Positions 61,621 to 64,000 of a DNA stretch of 64,000 bases are shown here, piece after piece. Origin of the DNA: Hemiscyllium ocellatum (Eukaryota). Below the pieces are notes generated by a model. That model was not told the DNA's origin and did no database searches. It saw only the letters and a list, made by a program, of their open reading frames with translations. The translations under genes and the position numbers were made by a program. The DNA is taken from contig NC_083422.1 of the NCBI RefSeq assembly GCF_020745735.1, positions 21,018,001 through 21,082,000 on the forward strand. Direction: 5' to 3'. Numbering within the stretch: position 1 is the first letter of the stretch; the number at the start of each line of letters is the position of its first letter.

Positions 61621-63660
61621 TGTAACGAGGTCAGCCAAGTGGACCTCATAGAATATGAGTTCCCTGATTAGGGCTTTTAATCTTGTCCAATCAGGGAGCA
61701 CTGGCTGACTGATACAAAGCGGAGTGTCAGACATTCTGACACATTGAGACCTAACTCTAAGGGATCTGGATCAGTTGAGTAGGCCGGTATCCAATAGAGT
61801 GCACACCCTGGAAAGTGTATCTATATCTGGTTTGGAACAGTTAAGTTGCTTAGCAACATTCAAATTGGAACTAATCCAAATAAACTCCTGGTTAAAAGAT
61901 CATCCAGTTCTAATGGAGGCTAATTTTGGTGTGGCTAATTCTGAGCTCGCAGAACCAGTCTTTTACAGAATTTGCTCTGGGCTCGAACATTTATGCAAGA
62001 CCTCAACTAGACTAAAAACCTACACCAGGGAACCTATACCCCTACAGATTAAGGGTAGAGCGTCAGTTCCAGTCTCACATGAGAAGCAGCTGGATCAGTT
62101 ACTACTGAAGGCTCGGGCCCAAGCCTGATGGGGCGAAATTAGTTGAGATTGACTCAATATTTTTCATTAAATTTGCTGCCTGAATAAAGTCCTAATTAAA
62201 TACTTTGAAGTTTTTCATAAAGGTCTAGGTACTATTAAAGGAGCAAAGGTCACCTTGCATGTTGACCAGGAAACAATTCTATGATTCTGCAGTGCCATTT
62301 GCCTTAATCAGAAGTCTGGAAAACAAGGGATTCATCAAACCAATGCAGTTTGTGGAATGGGAAGCACCAGTCTTACTGATTGTGAAGTCTGAGGGGTCAG
62401 TTTGCCTTGTGGGGAATTTAAACAAGCAGCTGGATAATTAACCAATCCCTCATATAGAAGATTTAAGCGCAAAGCTGCAGAGGAAAGGGGGGTGGGGTGG
62501 ATGCCAGAAGGGTTGGGGCTGTCCTTCACAAAGTTGGATATGATAGGATTCCCAGAAGTATGCTATAATTAATACCCACAAGGGTTTGTACCAATACACA
62601 AGACTGCCACTTGGGATATTGTCAGCCTATGCAGTGTTTCAGTGGATGGCGGAGAACATGAGCAAGGTTTACCCCAGGTCATCATTTATCCAGATGATGT
62701 GCTAATAACAGGGAAGACCAATAAGGAGCACTTAGAGAGCTTGGACATAGTTGTTAAATGGTTTTCCCAGGCAGGCATATGCCTCAAGAAAGAGTGTGTT
62801 CCAAGTACCCTAAGTACCCTACCTGAGCTGCAGAATCGACAAGACCCAGTTACACCATTTGGAAGACAAGATGAGGGTGATCAAAGGTGCCCCAGCTCCC
62901 ATATCTGTACCAAAGCTTACGTCTTTCCTTGGGCTGGTGAATTATTATGGAAAGTTCGTACATAACCTGGCTTCCATTCTGGCACCTTTGCATCAACTCT
63001 TAAACAAGAGTCAGCATTGGAAATGATTACGTAGCTTTCAGGGAAGTGAAGAAACAGCTGTCATCTTCTATGGTGTTGGCATATCATGATTCCAAGCAAG
63101 ATATAATATTGACGTGTGATGCTTCCCCTTATGGCATTGGGGTAGTATTAGCTCATAGGTTGTCCAATGGAAAGAAACGCTCAATAGCATATGCATTCAG
63201 GACTTCAGATAAGGCAGAGTATAAACACACTCAGATTGAGAAGGAAAATTTGGTGGTCAGGAAGTTCCACTAATACCTTTAAAGACATACATTTGTAATA
63301 ATGATGGACCACAAACCCTTGCTAGGTTTACTTTAAGAGGGCAAGAAACTGCTGTCCATAACTTCAGGTGAAATTCAGTGGTAGGCTCGAATAGTAGTGC
63401 TTATAATTACAAGTTGGAACAACATCCGGGTAGCAAATATCAAATGCAGATTCATTGAGCCACCTCCTGTTGGCAGATATACCACTAGTACTACCGCCAC
63501 TCAAAGAGTCCGTAATGGTTTTGAATTTTCTGGACACATTTACACTCAGAGCTGACAAAATCAGACTTTTGACACTAAAGGCTCCTGTCCTGGCAAAACT
63601 AAAATGACTGGTGGGGGTGGGGGAAACCAAAGAGCCATCACAACCAGAATTGAAACCATG
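61621..63660 (+). mobile_element. Decayed Ty3/Gypsy LTR retrotransposon (partial LTR, protease, RT, RNase H)
   Basis: LTR-like start tgtaacgagg at 61621; LKTYTREPIPLQIKG (protease region); EWEAPVLLIVKSEGSV and GLPQVIIYPDDVLITG (RT); IILTCDASPYGIGVVLAH..IAYAFRT..QIEKE (RNase H); many stops. Confidence 0.85.
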
Positions 63661-64000
63661 ATTTGGAGATGCCGGTTTTGGATTGGGGTATACAAAGTTA
63701 AAAATCACACAACACCAGGTTATAGTCCAACAGGTTTATTTGGAAGTACTAGCTTTTGATGCGCTGCTCCTTCTTCAGATGGTTGTGGAGGATAAGATTA
63801 TAAGACACAGAATTTATAGCAAAAGTTTATAGTGTGATGTAACTGAAATTATACATTGAAAAAAAAACCTGGATTGTTAGCTGAGTCTCTCATCTTTTAG
63901 AATGAGCATATTGGTTTCAGTTCTTTCATATGTAAATTGTAGAATATTTAAAACTTACATTCTCAAGTGAATGTAACTTTTAAATGTTCTGCGATTTACA
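63660..64000 (-). mobile_element. PLE pseudo-LTR (runs off the window) with degenerate hammerhead
   Basis: aagttaaaaatcacacaacaccaggttatagtccaacagg...gctgctccttcttcagatgg. Confidence 0.75.

Noticed and set aside
54464-64000. DNTT exon 8 (GKxxGHDVDFLI)
   Set aside because: Searched by eye and not found; presumably beyond the window end.

Overview
Intron-rich vertebrate genomic DNA, almost certainly from a cartilaginous fish (shark; carpet/bamboo-shark-like repeat content is my inference). The only host gene I can support is DNTT (terminal deoxynucleotidyl transferase, TdT) on the + strand. Five consecutive internal exons, equivalent to mammalian exons 3-7, lie at 27187-27297, 41092-41262, 42855-42926, 49594-49717 and 54331-54463, all with GT-AG sites and matching phases. 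I could not find exons 1-2 (BRCT) in the 27 kb upstream, or exon 8 in the 9.5 kb downstream. The rest is mostly transposable-element debris: CR1 LINEs, HE1-type tRNA-derived SINEs, Deu-domain SINE pieces, a Rex1/Babar LINE, a decayed Gypsy element and many Penelope-like elements (PLEs). The most interesting signal is the PLE layer. About five sequence families of pseudo-LTRs carry minimal type I hammerhead ribozyme motifs with palindromic stem III. Several insertions have 12-15 bp target-site duplications (TSDs), including ORF-less palindromic mini-elements of about 200 bp. One near-complete PLE shows a twin-priming-like 5' inversion with junction microhomology. There are no bacterial-type features (CRISPR, operons) and no true tRNA or rRNA genes.
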